Assembly (NCBI GenBank): GCA_965221695.1
Contig: OZ244905.1
Span: 96,001-160,000, forward strand
Reading direction: 5' to 3'
DNA: 64,000 nt
Source: Gammaproteobacteria bacterium
Lineage (GTDB): Bacteria > Pseudomonadota > Gammaproteobacteria > Eutrophobiales > Eutrophobiaceae
A program made the position numbers and the translations under genes. Numbering within the stretch: position 1 is the stretch's first letter; the number at the start of each line of letters is the position of its first letter. Shown here in pieces: positions 1-9,684 of the stretch. The notes beneath the pieces were generated by a model. It did not search any database. It was not told the origin of the DNA and was given only the letters and a program-made list of their open reading frames with translations.

Positions 1-750
1 GCAATCAATAATGGGGCTCGCATCCTGTGTCCTGGAGATGGTATAGGCGGACCATTTATGGATGACGTTTTGATTAGAACCGTTCTGCATACCGATATCC
101 ATGCGCTTAGTCGCCGCGCAGATAATATTGCAGAACGCTTTACCGAAGCAAAGCGTTGCACCGTACTTACCGGAGCTGATGAGTTCAGCCTTGACCTGTC
201 GGGTCTTGAGGGCGCTGCTGGAGACGGTTTTCTCTGGGACCGGGACAAACAAGATTGGAAAACGCCATGGGCTTTTTTGCCTCCTGCACAACCAGGGGCG
301 CTGGTTCCTATGGGGCGCGGTCATGGTACGATCAATGTCGACGGCACATTGCTGTATCATCCCGACTATCATGAAAAACCGGATATGCCTCTCCGTCTCA
401 CCTTTGCTGCAGGACGCCTGGTAGACATAGGCGGCGATCCTGTTCTCGGCTCGCGTTTGGAACGCTGGCTGGAGGAGTTGGGTGATGACGGCGCCTACAA
501 TGGTCCGGTACATTTTAATATTGGCATCAATCCCAACGCCCTGCTAACCCAGAGCCAGGAATGGGAACGAGTCTACGGTTCCATCACCTGTGGCATGGGC
601 GATTTAAGCATGCTAAGTAGGATTGGAGATATAGATTTGGACCTGGCATTGAGCAAGTCTTCCGTACATTGGGACTGGACAGTCCTGCATCCAAAAATCC
701 TGCTTGACGACTGTGTATTTGCGGAAAATGGAAGAATATTTTGCGAATGA
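1..750 (+). CDS. M29/leucyl-aminopeptidase-like fold protein (NicX-like), 5' end outside the window
   Basis: Frame is open from base 1. C-terminal HFNIGINP...E...G...SSVHWD pattern is typical of the thermophilic metalloprotease M29/NicX-like family. Confidence 0.55.
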   Translation, partial: AINNGARILCPGDGIGGPFMDDVLIRTVLHTDIHALSRRADNIAERFTEAKRCTVLTGADEFSLDLSGLEGAAGDGFLWDRDKQDWKTPWAFLPPAQPGALVPMGRGHGTINVDGTLLYHPDYHEKPDMPLRLTFAAGRLVDIGGDPVLGSRLERWLEELGDDGAYNGPVHFNIGINPNALLTQSQEWERVYGSITCGMGDLSMLSRIGDIDLDLALSKSSVHWDWTVLHPKILLDDCVFAENGRIFCE

Positions 751-1802
751 ACAAGAAACGCTCTTTCAGCTTATTCATGGGATATGGTTCCGGTTTTAGT
801 TTCCCTTATTATCAGACTGTTGCGATTGAAGCAGAACGACTCGGTTTCGAAACTATCTGGACCCAGGATAATATAACTGGTCACGCGCCAATTCCCAGGG
901 ATATAGAAATACTCGACACCTGGCCTTTTCTGGCAGCCATCGCTGCCTGTACGACCGAAATCCACATGGGTTCCATGGCAACTCCAGCGCTGCGACGTTT
1001 TGCCCCACTGCTGGCAAAAACAATTGCAACCATTGACGTAATCTCCAACGGCCGCGTCAAAGTTGGCCTGGGAGCTGGAGATGACTGGCGTCAGTATGAC
1101 ATGATCGGCCAGCGTTTCCCGGAAGCAATTCAAGAAAGACGGCAAATACTGCAAGAAACTATCGCCGTCATGAAATGTCTCTGGGCGGAGGATTTGGCTA
1201 ATTTCAAGGGCGAACATTTTCAACTACACGATGCAATATTAAGCCCAAAACCCGTGCAAAAACCGAATCCTTGTATTTATCTCGCATGTAACACCAGCAA
1301 AAGACTCATGCCAAGGATGGCTGCGCAACACGGCGATGCGTTGGCGCTGATGTGGGGCCATGAAGAAACAGCGCGTATCGTAGTTGATGCGTTTCAGGAA
1401 GAATGGCTGGCTGCCGGCCGCAAAGTGGAAGACTATCGGGCTCTGCGGTCAGCCTATATTGTCTTTCGCAACGATGAAAACGAGGCAAAAGCGCGTAAAA
1501 ATGTACGTGAGATCACTTCTTTTCCCATCGATACGGAGCCCCAGACCGCTACCCAAGCAATAGTCCCTAAAGGCGCAGACGCAGACCTGGTTGTGTTTGG
1601 AAGGCCAGAAACTATCGCACAACAATTAGAACAGAGAGTGTTTGGCTTGGGATTTAATGAAATGATGTGCTCCTTTGTTGCCTGTGATGATGTCAAGGTC
1701 GATACCGGAGGATATTCCGGCTGGCCGGGGCGCTGGTTGGGGGGAATGCGCCTGTTTGCAGAAGTGGTAATGCCGCTCTTGCTCAAACCGTCACAATCTT
1801 GA
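747..1802 (+). CDS. LLM class (luciferase-like) flavin-dependent oxidoreductase
   Basis: AERLGF, TIDVISNGR..GLGAG and PKPVQKP motifs; ATG at 747 overlaps the upstream TGA (ATGA). Confidence 0.85.
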   Translation: MNKKRSFSLFMGYGSGFSFPYYQTVAIEAERLGFETIWTQDNITGHAPIPRDIEILDTWPFLAAIAACTTEIHMGSMATPALRRFAPLLAKTIATIDVISNGRVKVGLGAGDDWRQYDMIGQRFPEAIQERRQILQETIAVMKCLWAEDLANFKGEHFQLHDAILSPKPVQKPNPCIYLACNTSKRLMPRMAAQHGDALALMWGHEETARIVVDAFQEEWLAAGRKVEDYRALRSAYIVFRNDENEAKARKNVREITSFPIDTEPQTATQAIVPKGADADLVVFGRPETIAQQLEQRVFGLGFNEMMCSFVACDDVKVDTGGYSGWPGRWLGGMRLFAEVVMPLLLKPSQS

Positions 1803-1812
1803 AGTAACAACT

Positions 1813-2541
1813 ATGAAGATCCGCATCATAACCCCGGTGATTACCCGGGAAATACTTGCTTATAGTGAACGCGAATTCGGCAGCTCTGCGCGCGTGGATA
1901 CGGAGTTGTCTCATGTTATTCTGGAACATGGCCCTGCTTCCATCGAAAGTGAATATGATGAAGCTTTGGCATTGCCGGATACCCTGCGACTGGTGAAACA
2001 AGCCCAGGCAGATGAAATTGATGCAGTGATAATCAACTGCGCATCCGACCCAGGTTTGGATGCTGCCAGGGAGCTTGTGTCGATACCGGTAATCGGTGTT
2101 GCACAGGCCGCTTTTTCTTTAGCTACAGTGTTAGCGCAAAAATTTTCCGTAATTGCCATTCTGGAACGGGATATTCCGGATCTTGACCGTATGTTCCGTT
2201 TGTACAGCTTGACTGACCGTATCGCCTCGGTACGAGTAATCAATATGCCGGTCCTTGATCTTGTAAATGAACGTGATAAAACAGTCGACGCCATGACTGA
2301 AGCCGCATTGACCGCATTGAAAGAAGATCGTGCCGAAGCCATCACGTTTGACTGCACAGGTTTGAGCAGTATGGTCAAAGAACTACAGGCAAAATTGCGC
2401 ACAGCAGGCTTTGACGTGCCGGTCATCGACCCCGTGGCTGCAGCGATGAAACTGGCAGAGAGCCTGGTCGACTTGGGGTTGTGTCACAGTAAACTGACTT
2501 ACCCGGACCCACCAGATAAAAAAATTATCCCGCCCTGGTGA
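1813..2541 (+). CDS. Asp/Glu/hydantoin racemase family protein
   Basis: GPASIESEYD, INCASDPG and DCTG (two catalytic Cys), VPVIDP. Confidence 0.85.
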   Translation: MKIRIITPVITREILAYSEREFGSSARVDTELSHVILEHGPASIESEYDEALALPDTLRLVKQAQADEIDAVIINCASDPGLDAARELVSIPVIGVAQAAFSLATVLAQKFSVIAILERDIPDLDRMFRLYSLTDRIASVRVINMPVLDLVNERDKTVDAMTEAALTALKEDRAEAITFDCTGLSSMVKELQAKLRTAGFDVPVIDPVAAAMKLAESLVDLGLCHSKLTYPDPPDKKIIPPW

Positions 2542-2568
2542 GCCGTTCTTCCTTAACGAGGTCGACAA

Positions 2569-3285
2569 GTGAAGATCTGTGTGGTTTTACCCACATCCAA
2601 TACTGAAGATATCACTCACAGGCAAAACGCTTACCAAAGGCTGGCGCAAGCTGATACAGAAATATCTGTCAGAACACTTGATAAACGGGCGCCGCCTGAA
2701 GCCGATCCAAGCGATAGTTTCATCTTGCCTGAGATATTGCGCCAGGTTGTTGCAGCCAACGATACAGGTATGGATGCAGTAATAATTGACTGTATGGAAG
2801 ATCCTGGTGTGGAAGAAGCACGGCGTCTGGTAGATATCCCGGTAATTGGCCCAGGCCAGGAAGCTATGCGACTGGCAGCAATATTAGGCTGCCGATTTTC
2901 TATACTCTATCCGTTGCGGCAAACAGTCTTGATTGAACGACTTGTAAAACAGCGCCAACTCACATCAATGCTGGCCTCAATCAGACACATACCCGGTGGC
3001 ATGGATGGCATACATTCTAGCCCTGAAACAACCCTGGAGCGCCTGGTCGTTACAGCGATAGCAGCAATCAGGGAAGACGGCGCTCATGTAATCGTGCCAG
3101 CCTGCACCCTGTTATCCGACATCACGGAAAAACTGCAAGAACAACTACACGAGCTGGGTTTTATGGCGCCGGTCGTTGATGGCCCGTCCGCAGCCATAAA
3201 ACTCGCTGAGAGTTTATCGGATTTGGGTCTGTCGCCAAGTCGTATCAGCTATCCTCCAGCCTTGGGAATCTCGCGCCCGATTTAA
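2569..3285 (+). CDS. Asp/Glu/hydantoin racemase family protein (second paralog)
   Basis: IDCMEDPG...IPVIGP, PACT and PVVDG motifs; GTG start. Confidence 0.8.
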   Translation: MKICVVLPTSNTEDITHRQNAYQRLAQADTEISVRTLDKRAPPEADPSDSFILPEILRQVVAANDTGMDAVIIDCMEDPGVEEARRLVDIPVIGPGQEAMRLAAILGCRFSILYPLRQTVLIERLVKQRQLTSMLASIRHIPGGMDGIHSSPETTLERLVVTAIAAIREDGAHVIVPACTLLSDITEKLQEQLHELGFMAPVVDGPSAAIKLAESLSDLGLSPSRISYPPALGISRPI

Positions 3286-3333
3286 TCACCACCTATTAAA
3301 TACCAACTAATTCCACAACGTTATAATCTTACA

Positions 3334-4539
3334 GTGACACTCATTTCAACTGACGCCACTTCTACCACGACCGGAATCGATCGTGTATCTGTCATGGTGT
3401 CTGCTGCTATTTTGTTCGCAATTTCCGTCATGCCTGGTGCAGTCGCCCCAGGTATCGTTGGTTCGGCAGCAACATCGCTGCAGTTGTCCGAATCACAACT
3501 GGGAATTTTTATCGGGTTGTACTCCGCAGGATTTGGGATAACGGGCGCCAGCGCCTACTTGTGGATCAGGGAAATAAACTGGCGAATTGTCAGCGCCGTT
3601 GGCGTAACGTTAATGGGTCTCACCTTTATTCTTATGGGTATGGTGGAAAACTACACTACACTGCTTATTTTAATGTTTATTAACGGAACAGGCAGTGGCT
3701 TGTTCGGCGCGCCATCCATCACTATTCTGGGTGACGGCGCCAAACCTGAAAACGGTTTCAGCGCCATGATAGTTTTCTCGGTAAGCGGGGCAGCGTTGTT
3801 ATTGTTTCTATTCCCATGGGCGGATACTAAAGCCGGTTTTACCGGAGTTATGTGCCTGATGGCAATTACCACTCTTGCAGCATTGTCATTAATTCCATGC
3901 ATCCCCGTCAATAACAAAAAACAGTCAGCGCCAGCAAATAAGGGTAGCCATAACAGTTTAACAGGCACGGCAGCAGACCGAAGTAATATTTCTCAACCAT
4001 TGTTAGTCCATTTTGTCATGGTTCTGTTTGTAGTGGGTTTTATAGGCATGTGGACTTTCTTTGAAAGGATTGCCCATTACGCTCAACTTTCTCCTGTTAC
4101 TACAGGACAGACCCTGGCAATCGGCACTTTGTTCGGGGCAATCGGCGCTCCGGTTGCTGCTTTCATGCGCCACCGTATCCCTATGTATTACTGTTACATT
4201 ATTACGATTATCTGTATTGTTATTACCCTGTTGCTGCTGGATTTGGCTACTCTGACAGACTTGATTTACCTGGCGCTCGTCTGTTCATTCCAGTTTTGGA
4301 TCAATTCCGGATTTTGTCTGATCATGGCGTTGACTGCGGAGGTTGACAAGATTGGTCGTTTCGTCGCCTTGATTCCGGCAAGTGAATCTGCAGGCGCTTT
4401 TATCGGACCGATAATTACCGGGATCAGTCTCGAAAATTGGGGAGTCAGGGTAATGATTACTATCATTATCCTGGTTTTTATTCTTGGCGCTTGTGTATTT
4501 ACCTTCGTAGACCGCAAAGACCTCAAAAACAAAAAATAA
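3334..4539 (+). CDS. MFS transporter
   Basis: About 12 hydrophobic segments in two halves with a central loop; 401 aa. Confidence 0.8.
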   Translation: MTLISTDATSTTTGIDRVSVMVSAAILFAISVMPGAVAPGIVGSAATSLQLSESQLGIFIGLYSAGFGITGASAYLWIREINWRIVSAVGVTLMGLTFILMGMVENYTTLLILMFINGTGSGLFGAPSITILGDGAKPENGFSAMIVFSVSGAALLLFLFPWADTKAGFTGVMCLMAITTLAALSLIPCIPVNNKKQSAPANKGSHNSLTGTAADRSNISQPLLVHFVMVLFVVGFIGMWTFFERIAHYAQLSPVTTGQTLAIGTLFGAIGAPVAAFMRHRIPMYYCYIITIICIVITLLLLDLATLTDLIYLALVCSFQFWINSGFCLIMALTAEVDKIGRFVALIPASESAGAFIGPIITGISLENWGVRVMITIIILVFILGACVFTFVDRKDLKNKK

Positions 4540-4606
4540 AGCATATAGAGTGGGACGGCTAGCACAGTTCTGCTACAGTTAACGCTACAGTATCCAGGAA
4601 TTTGTT

Positions 4607-5851
4607 GTGGAGAGATATTCTTTTCCTAAAATTGCCTACCATGCGCTCAGGGGACATAAGCGCTGGAAGCCGGCCTGGCGTACGCCGGAGCCGAAGAAAT
4701 CCTATGATGTAATCATTATCGGCGGCGGCGGGCATGGACTTGCCACGGCCTATTACCTGGCAAAAAAGCACGGTGTCTCAAATATCGCGGTACTGGAACG
4801 CGGTTGGATCGGCGGCGGCAACAGCGGTCGCAATACCCAGGTGACCCGGTCGAACTATTTCTATCCGGAGAGCGCCGCTTTTTTTGAGCATTCCCTGAAA
4901 TTGTATGAAACCATGAGCCGCGACCTGAATATCAACGTGATGTTCAGCCAACGCGGGGTGCTGAATCTTGCCCATAGCGATCATGATATGGAGATGTTGA
5001 CACGCTGGACCAATGCCATCCAGCTTAACGGTATCGATTCCGAGATGCTCACAGCGCAGCAAATCAAGGAGCTCGAGCCGCTCATGGACATTAATGCGCG
5101 TTTTCCTATCGCCGGTGGATTTATACAGTGGCGCGGTGGTATCTCGCGGCACGATGCAGTCAACTGGGGTTATGCTCGCGCCGCCGACGCCCTGGGTGTG
5201 GATATTATCCAGAACTGTACCGTGACCGGCTTGAAAATCAGCCACGGCATGATTACCGGCGTTGATACTTCACTGGGAGATATTTCGGCGGAAAAAGTAC
5301 ATGTCACGGTAGCCGGCCACACCAGTGTGCTAGCGAAAATGGCGGGTATCCGCCTGCCGTTGACCAGCATGGCGTTACAGGCCATGGTATCGGAGCCGAT
5401 TAAACCGGCGCTTAACCTGGTGACTGTGTCCGGCGCGATACACATGTATGTGAGCCAGTCCGATCGCGGCGAGATAGTCCTGGGCGCCGGCGCCGACATA
5501 TATAATTCCTATGCGCAGCGCGGCGGCTACGATAACATCGAATCCTGTATCGCGGCATTCCTGACCCTGTATCCCCGTTTCAGCCGCTTGAAACTCATGC
5601 GCCAGTGGGCCGGTATCGTGGATATCACGCCGGATACCAGCCCCATCATGGGTATGACTCCCGTGCAAAACCTGTATATCAACTGTGGCTGGGGGACCGG
5701 TGGTTACAAGGCCATACCGGCCAGCGGTGACACCATGGCTTATACCATCGTTAAAGACCAGCCGCACGCGCTGATTACGCCATTCTCCCTGGATCGTTTT
5801 CAAACCGGCGCGCTGGTGGATGAATCGGCGGCGGCAGGCGTCGCGCATTAA
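4607..5851 (+). CDS. soxB: Heterotetrameric sarcosine oxidase family, beta subunit
   Basis: GGGGHGLATAYYLAK, GNSGRNT, RHDAV.WGYA, GWGTGG.K, C-terminal AAGVAH. Confidence 0.93.
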   Translation: MERYSFPKIAYHALRGHKRWKPAWRTPEPKKSYDVIIIGGGGHGLATAYYLAKKHGVSNIAVLERGWIGGGNSGRNTQVTRSNYFYPESAAFFEHSLKLYETMSRDLNINVMFSQRGVLNLAHSDHDMEMLTRWTNAIQLNGIDSEMLTAQQIKELEPLMDINARFPIAGGFIQWRGGISRHDAVNWGYARAADALGVDIIQNCTVTGLKISHGMITGVDTSLGDISAEKVHVTVAGHTSVLAKMAGIRLPLTSMALQAMVSEPIKPALNLVTVSGAIHMYVSQSDRGEIVLGAGADIYNSYAQRGGYDNIESCIAAFLTLYPRFSRLKLMRQWAGIVDITPDTSPIMGMTPVQNLYINCGWGTGGYKAIPASGDTMAYTIVKDQPHALITPFSLDRFQTGALVDESAAAGVAH

Positions 5852-5877
5852 ACCGGATAGTCCACGAGACAGGCGCA

Positions 5878-6171
5878 ATGCTGCGAATCTCCTGCCCAAT
5901 TTGTGGTGAACGCGACGAAAATGAGTTTGTCTTCGGCGGTCAGGCTCATATCGCCCGGCCTGAACCTGCGGAGCAGGTATCTGACCGCGAGTGGGCTGAA
6001 TATCTTTTTTTCCGGGACAACCCCAAAGGCGTGCATTTCGAACGCTGGCAACACCGCTACGGCTGCCGGCAGTGGTTCAGTGTTGCCCGTCATACCGTAA
6101 GCCATGAGATCCTGGCCGTGTATCGTCTCGATGAAGCGCCTCCGGAGATAGGCCGGGAAGAAACGGTATGA
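5878..6171 (+). CDS. soxD: Sarcosine oxidase family, delta subunit
   Basis: CPICGER..EF, RDNPKG...ERW.H..GC..WF zinc-binding pattern. Confidence 0.93.
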   Translation: MLRISCPICGERDENEFVFGGQAHIARPEPAEQVSDREWAEYLFFRDNPKGVHFERWQHRYGCRQWFSVARHTVSHEILAVYRLDEAPPEIGREETV

Positions 6172-9131
6172 ATAATACTCAACCGATGCGGCTTGCAACA
6201 TGCGGCAGCATAGACCGTGAAAAACCGTTGTCATTCACGTTCGATGGCAAACAATACAGCGGCTTCAAAGGGGATACCCTGGCATCGGCATTACTGGCAA
6301 ACGGGGTGCGCGTGGTGGGACGCAGTTTCAAGTATCATCGTCCCCGGGGGATACTCGCTGCCGGCGCTGAGGAGTGCAATGCACTGGTGACTGTGGGGCA
6401 GGGCGGCCTGGAGGAACCCAATATTCGTGCGACCTTACAACCGTTGTATGATGGCTTGACGGCGCGTAGCCAGAACTGCTGGCCCGGCGTAAAGTTCGAT
6501 ATTGGCCGCAGCCTTGATTACCTGCATTTTCTCTGGCCTGCCGGGTTTTACAACAAGACGTTTATCTGGCCTCACTGGCGCTGGTACGAGGGGTTTATCC
6601 GGCGCTTGTCGGGCCTGGGCAAGCTGCCGCCCGATGCAGACCCGGATCATTATGTACAGCATAATGTTCATTGTGATGTCCTGGTCGTAGGCGCCGGACC
6701 TGCCGGGCTGAGCGCCACGCTGGCAGCCAGTGAGCAGGGGTCCAAGGTCGTTCTTATTGAACAGGACAGCGTCCCGGGCGGCAGCCTGCTCTGGAGTGGA
6801 GAGAGCATTAACGGAACGCAAGCAAATACGTGGCTGCAAGACAGTGTACGCGTCTTACGGCAACGGGACAACGTTACTTTGTTGACCAATACCACGGCCT
6901 CAGCCTGGTTTGACCATCGTATGGTGATTGCGAGCGAGATGCTGAGTGACCGGCGCAGCGCAGCGGAGAGCAAAGGGCCGCGGCAGCGGCTATGGAAGGT
7001 CCATGCACGCGCGACGGTACTCGCCACAGGCGCTATTGAGCAGCCACTGGTGTTCGCCAATAATGACCGTCCCGGCATCATGCTGGCAAGCGCCGCGCAA
7101 CAGTATTGTAACCGCTACGCGGTGGCGACCGGGAAACGGATAGCCATAGCGACCAACAACGACAGCGCATATGGCGCTGCCCGGGCGCTGAGGGACGCAG
7201 GAATTGATGTGGTTGCGATAATCGACTCCCGGCGACAGCTCACAGAAAAAAGTGCACGGTTGATACAGGCTCAAGGCATGACGGTGTTTCATAACGCGCT
7301 GGCGCTGGATAGCCGCGGCGATAAAGGTGTACGCAGCGTAGCCGTTGCCAGGCGGGGCAGTACGCAAACGCTGGCGACGTTACAGTGTGACTGTGTCGCG
7401 ATGGCCGGAGGTTGGCAGCCGGCTGTTCATCTCTTTACCCAGGCGCGCGGCAGGTTGCGCTATGATGCCGCGCTGGGGGCGTTCATGCCGGATCAGGCTC
7501 CCGCCCATATGCACGTAGCAGGCATGGTGGCCGGCGCGCTGACCCTGGATAACGCCCTGGAGCAGGGCCGGGACGCCGGTCTCGCGGCCGTTGGGGACGG
7601 GCTACAAGGGCGAACCCGGACGCGCCGGAAGAACACCGGCGCGCTGCATATTGAACGCATCGACTGTGAACATCGCACCGATCGTCAGTGGATTGATTTT
7701 CAGTATGACGTGACCTTACAGGACATCGATATCGCAACGGCTGAGAACTATACCTCTGTTGAACACATGAAACGATATACTACCGCAGGCATGGCCGTGG
7801 ACCAGGGCAAGACCGCCAACCTGAACGCGTTACTGGCGCTGGCGCAACGCACCGGACGCACGCCGGACGAGGTGGGCGCCACCACTTTTCGTCCATTTTA
7901 CCTGCCGGTAACCCTGGGTGCGCTGGCCGGGCGCAACAGGGGTGATTTCTATGCCCCGGTGCGGCACAGCCCGCTGTTTTACTGCCAACAACAGGCAAAT
8001 GCCCTGTTTGATGATTATGGTGGCTGGCGCCGCCCCCGGGTTTACCTGCGCAAAGGTGAAAACGAACAACAAGCCGTTGCCAGGGAGGCCGTGGCCGCAC
8101 GTACTTCGGTTGTGATCTTTGACGGTTCGCCGTTGGGCAAATTCGAAGTATCCGGCCCGGATGCCGCCGAATTTCTGCACCGCGTTTACATCAATAACGT
8201 TACGTCATTGAAAACGGGCCGCGCCCGTTACGGCCTGATGCTGAATGAAAACGGCATTGTTATCGACGACGGCATTTTCGCCCGGATTTCCGCCAACGGA
8301 TACCTGGTGCACACCACCAGTGGCGGCGCTGACCGGATCCATGCCTGGATGGAAGCGCTGTTGCAGGGCGACTGGCCGGATTTGGACGTGATCCTGACCC
8401 CTGTTACCAGCCAATGGGCAAACATAGCCGTATCCGGTCCGCGGTCGAGAGAACTGGTGGAACGGCTGGAAACCGGTATCGATCTCGGCAATAACGGTAT
8501 GCCCCACCTGTCCGTTATGGCTGGAACAATCGGCGAAATTCCGCTACGCGTGCTAAGAGCCAGTTATACCGGTGAGTTGTGTTATGAACTCAATGTCCCC
8601 GCCGACCGCGGAGCAGCCTTGTGGAACCGGCTGTTGGAACGGGGAGATGACCTGGACCTGATGCCGATCGGAATCGAGACGCTGACGGTACTGAGAATCG
8701 AGAAGGGTTATCTGCACATCGGCAGTGATACCGACGGTGCGAGCACGCCGCGGGATATCGGTTGGGGCCATGTGACTGACAATAAACAGGGTGAATTTCT
8801 TGGTAAGCGCTCCCTGCTGCGTCCCTTTAATACACGTGACGGGCGTCTGGAATTCGTTGGTCTCACACCCGTGCGGGAAGGGGGTGAGCTGGTTGCCGGC
8901 GCGCATGTGATTGGCGTGCAATACACAAAAGCGCCGGCGCCCACCCAGGGCTACGTGACTTCCGCGTGTTACAGCCCCAACCTGAAGCGCTACGTGGGGC
9001 TCGGACTGGTTCAGGATGGCAGGAGCCGGCTGGATGAAACAGTGCACTTGTTTGATAACGGCAAGGTGTATCCCGCGCGTATTTCCCGGCCTGCCGCCTG
9101 GGACCCACAAGGAGACAGGTTGCATGTCTGA
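6168..9131 (+). CDS. soxA: Sarcosine oxidase family, alpha subunit
   Basis: GDTLASALLANG..RSFKYHRPRG, GAGPAG, KRYTT.GM..DQGK, C-terminal aminomethyltransferase domain. Confidence 0.93.
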   Translation: MNNTQPMRLATCGSIDREKPLSFTFDGKQYSGFKGDTLASALLANGVRVVGRSFKYHRPRGILAAGAEECNALVTVGQGGLEEPNIRATLQPLYDGLTARSQNCWPGVKFDIGRSLDYLHFLWPAGFYNKTFIWPHWRWYEGFIRRLSGLGKLPPDADPDHYVQHNVHCDVLVVGAGPAGLSATLAASEQGSKVVLIEQDSVPGGSLLWSGESINGTQANTWLQDSVRVLRQRDNVTLLTNTTASAWFDHRMVIASEMLSDRRSAAESKGPRQRLWKVHARATVLATGAIEQPLVFANNDRPGIMLASAAQQYCNRYAVATGKRIAIATNNDSAYGAARALRDAGIDVVAIIDSRRQLTEKSARLIQAQGMTVFHNALALDSRGDKGVRSVAVARRGSTQTLATLQCDCVAMAGGWQPAVHLFTQARGRLRYDAALGAFMPDQAPAHMHVAGMVAGALTLDNALEQGRDAGLAAVGDGLQGRTRTRRKNTGALHIERIDCEHRTDRQWIDFQYDVTLQDIDIATAENYTSVEHMKRYTTAGMAVDQGKTANLNALLALAQRTGRTPDEVGATTFRPFYLPVTLGALAGRNRGDFYAPVRHSPLFYCQQQANALFDDYGGWRRPRVYLRKGENEQQAVAREAVAARTSVVIFDGSPLGKFEVSGPDAAEFLHRVYINNVTSLKTGRARYGLMLNENGIVIDDGIFARISANGYLVHTTSGGADRIHAWMEALLQGDWPDLDVILTPVTSQWANIAVSGPRSRELVERLETGIDLGNNGMPHLSVMAGTIGEIPLRVLRASYTGELCYELNVPADRGAALWNRLLERGDDLDLMPIGIETLTVLRIEKGYLHIGSDTDGASTPRDIGWGHVTDNKQGEFLGKRSLLRPFNTRDGRLEFVGLTPVREGGELVAGAHVIGVQYTKAPAPTQGYVTSACYSPNLKRYVGLGLVQDGRSRLDETVHLFDNGKVYPARISRPAAWDPQGDRLHV

Positions 9132-9684
9132 ACTGAATCCGTGTTACGCATTGCAGGGCAGTGATGGACAGACGCTGGTTTTGCAGACGGATCGCCTGGC
9201 GCTGCAGGCGGTTAACAATGTTCGCAAGCTGCGCTTGCAAGCCCGGCCGGACACGGAGATAAACCCGGCGCCGCTTGAAGCGTTACTGGGCATGGCATTA
9301 CCGCAAAACCCGCGGGAAAAGGTCAACCATGAGCCGGCAGCCTACTGGCTGGCCCCCAATGACTGGCTGCTGCTCGACCCGGCGCCGGCCGGCGGCAATA
9401 TCAGCAATGTATTGCGGGAAGCAGCCGGTGGCGCCACGTGCGTTGTCACCGATGTGAGTGATGCCTGGAGCATCATAGAGATTTCCGGCGCGGATGCCGC
9501 GGCAAAATTGGCGGAAGGCTGCTCGGTAGACCTCGATGACGATGCATTCCCGGTTGGCCGGTATGCTTTGACCCGGTTGCAGCGCCTATCGGTAATCATA
9601 CACAGACTGGACGACAGGTCAAAATTCCACCTCCTGGTTGACCGCAACCTGGCGCGTTTTCTCTGGGATTGGTTACGCATGTGA
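9124..9684 (+). CDS. soxG: Sarcosine oxidase family, gamma subunit
   Basis: WLAPNDWL, VTDVSD, GCSVDL, VDRN.ARFLWDWL; ATG at 9124 overlaps the soxA end. Confidence 0.85.
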   Translation: MSELNPCYALQGSDGQTLVLQTDRLALQAVNNVRKLRLQARPDTEINPAPLEALLGMALPQNPREKVNHEPAAYWLAPNDWLLLDPAPAGGNISNVLREAAGGATCVVTDVSDAWSIIEISGADAAAKLAEGCSVDLDDDAFPVGRYALTRLQRLSVIIHRLDDRSKFHLLVDRNLARFLWDWLRM

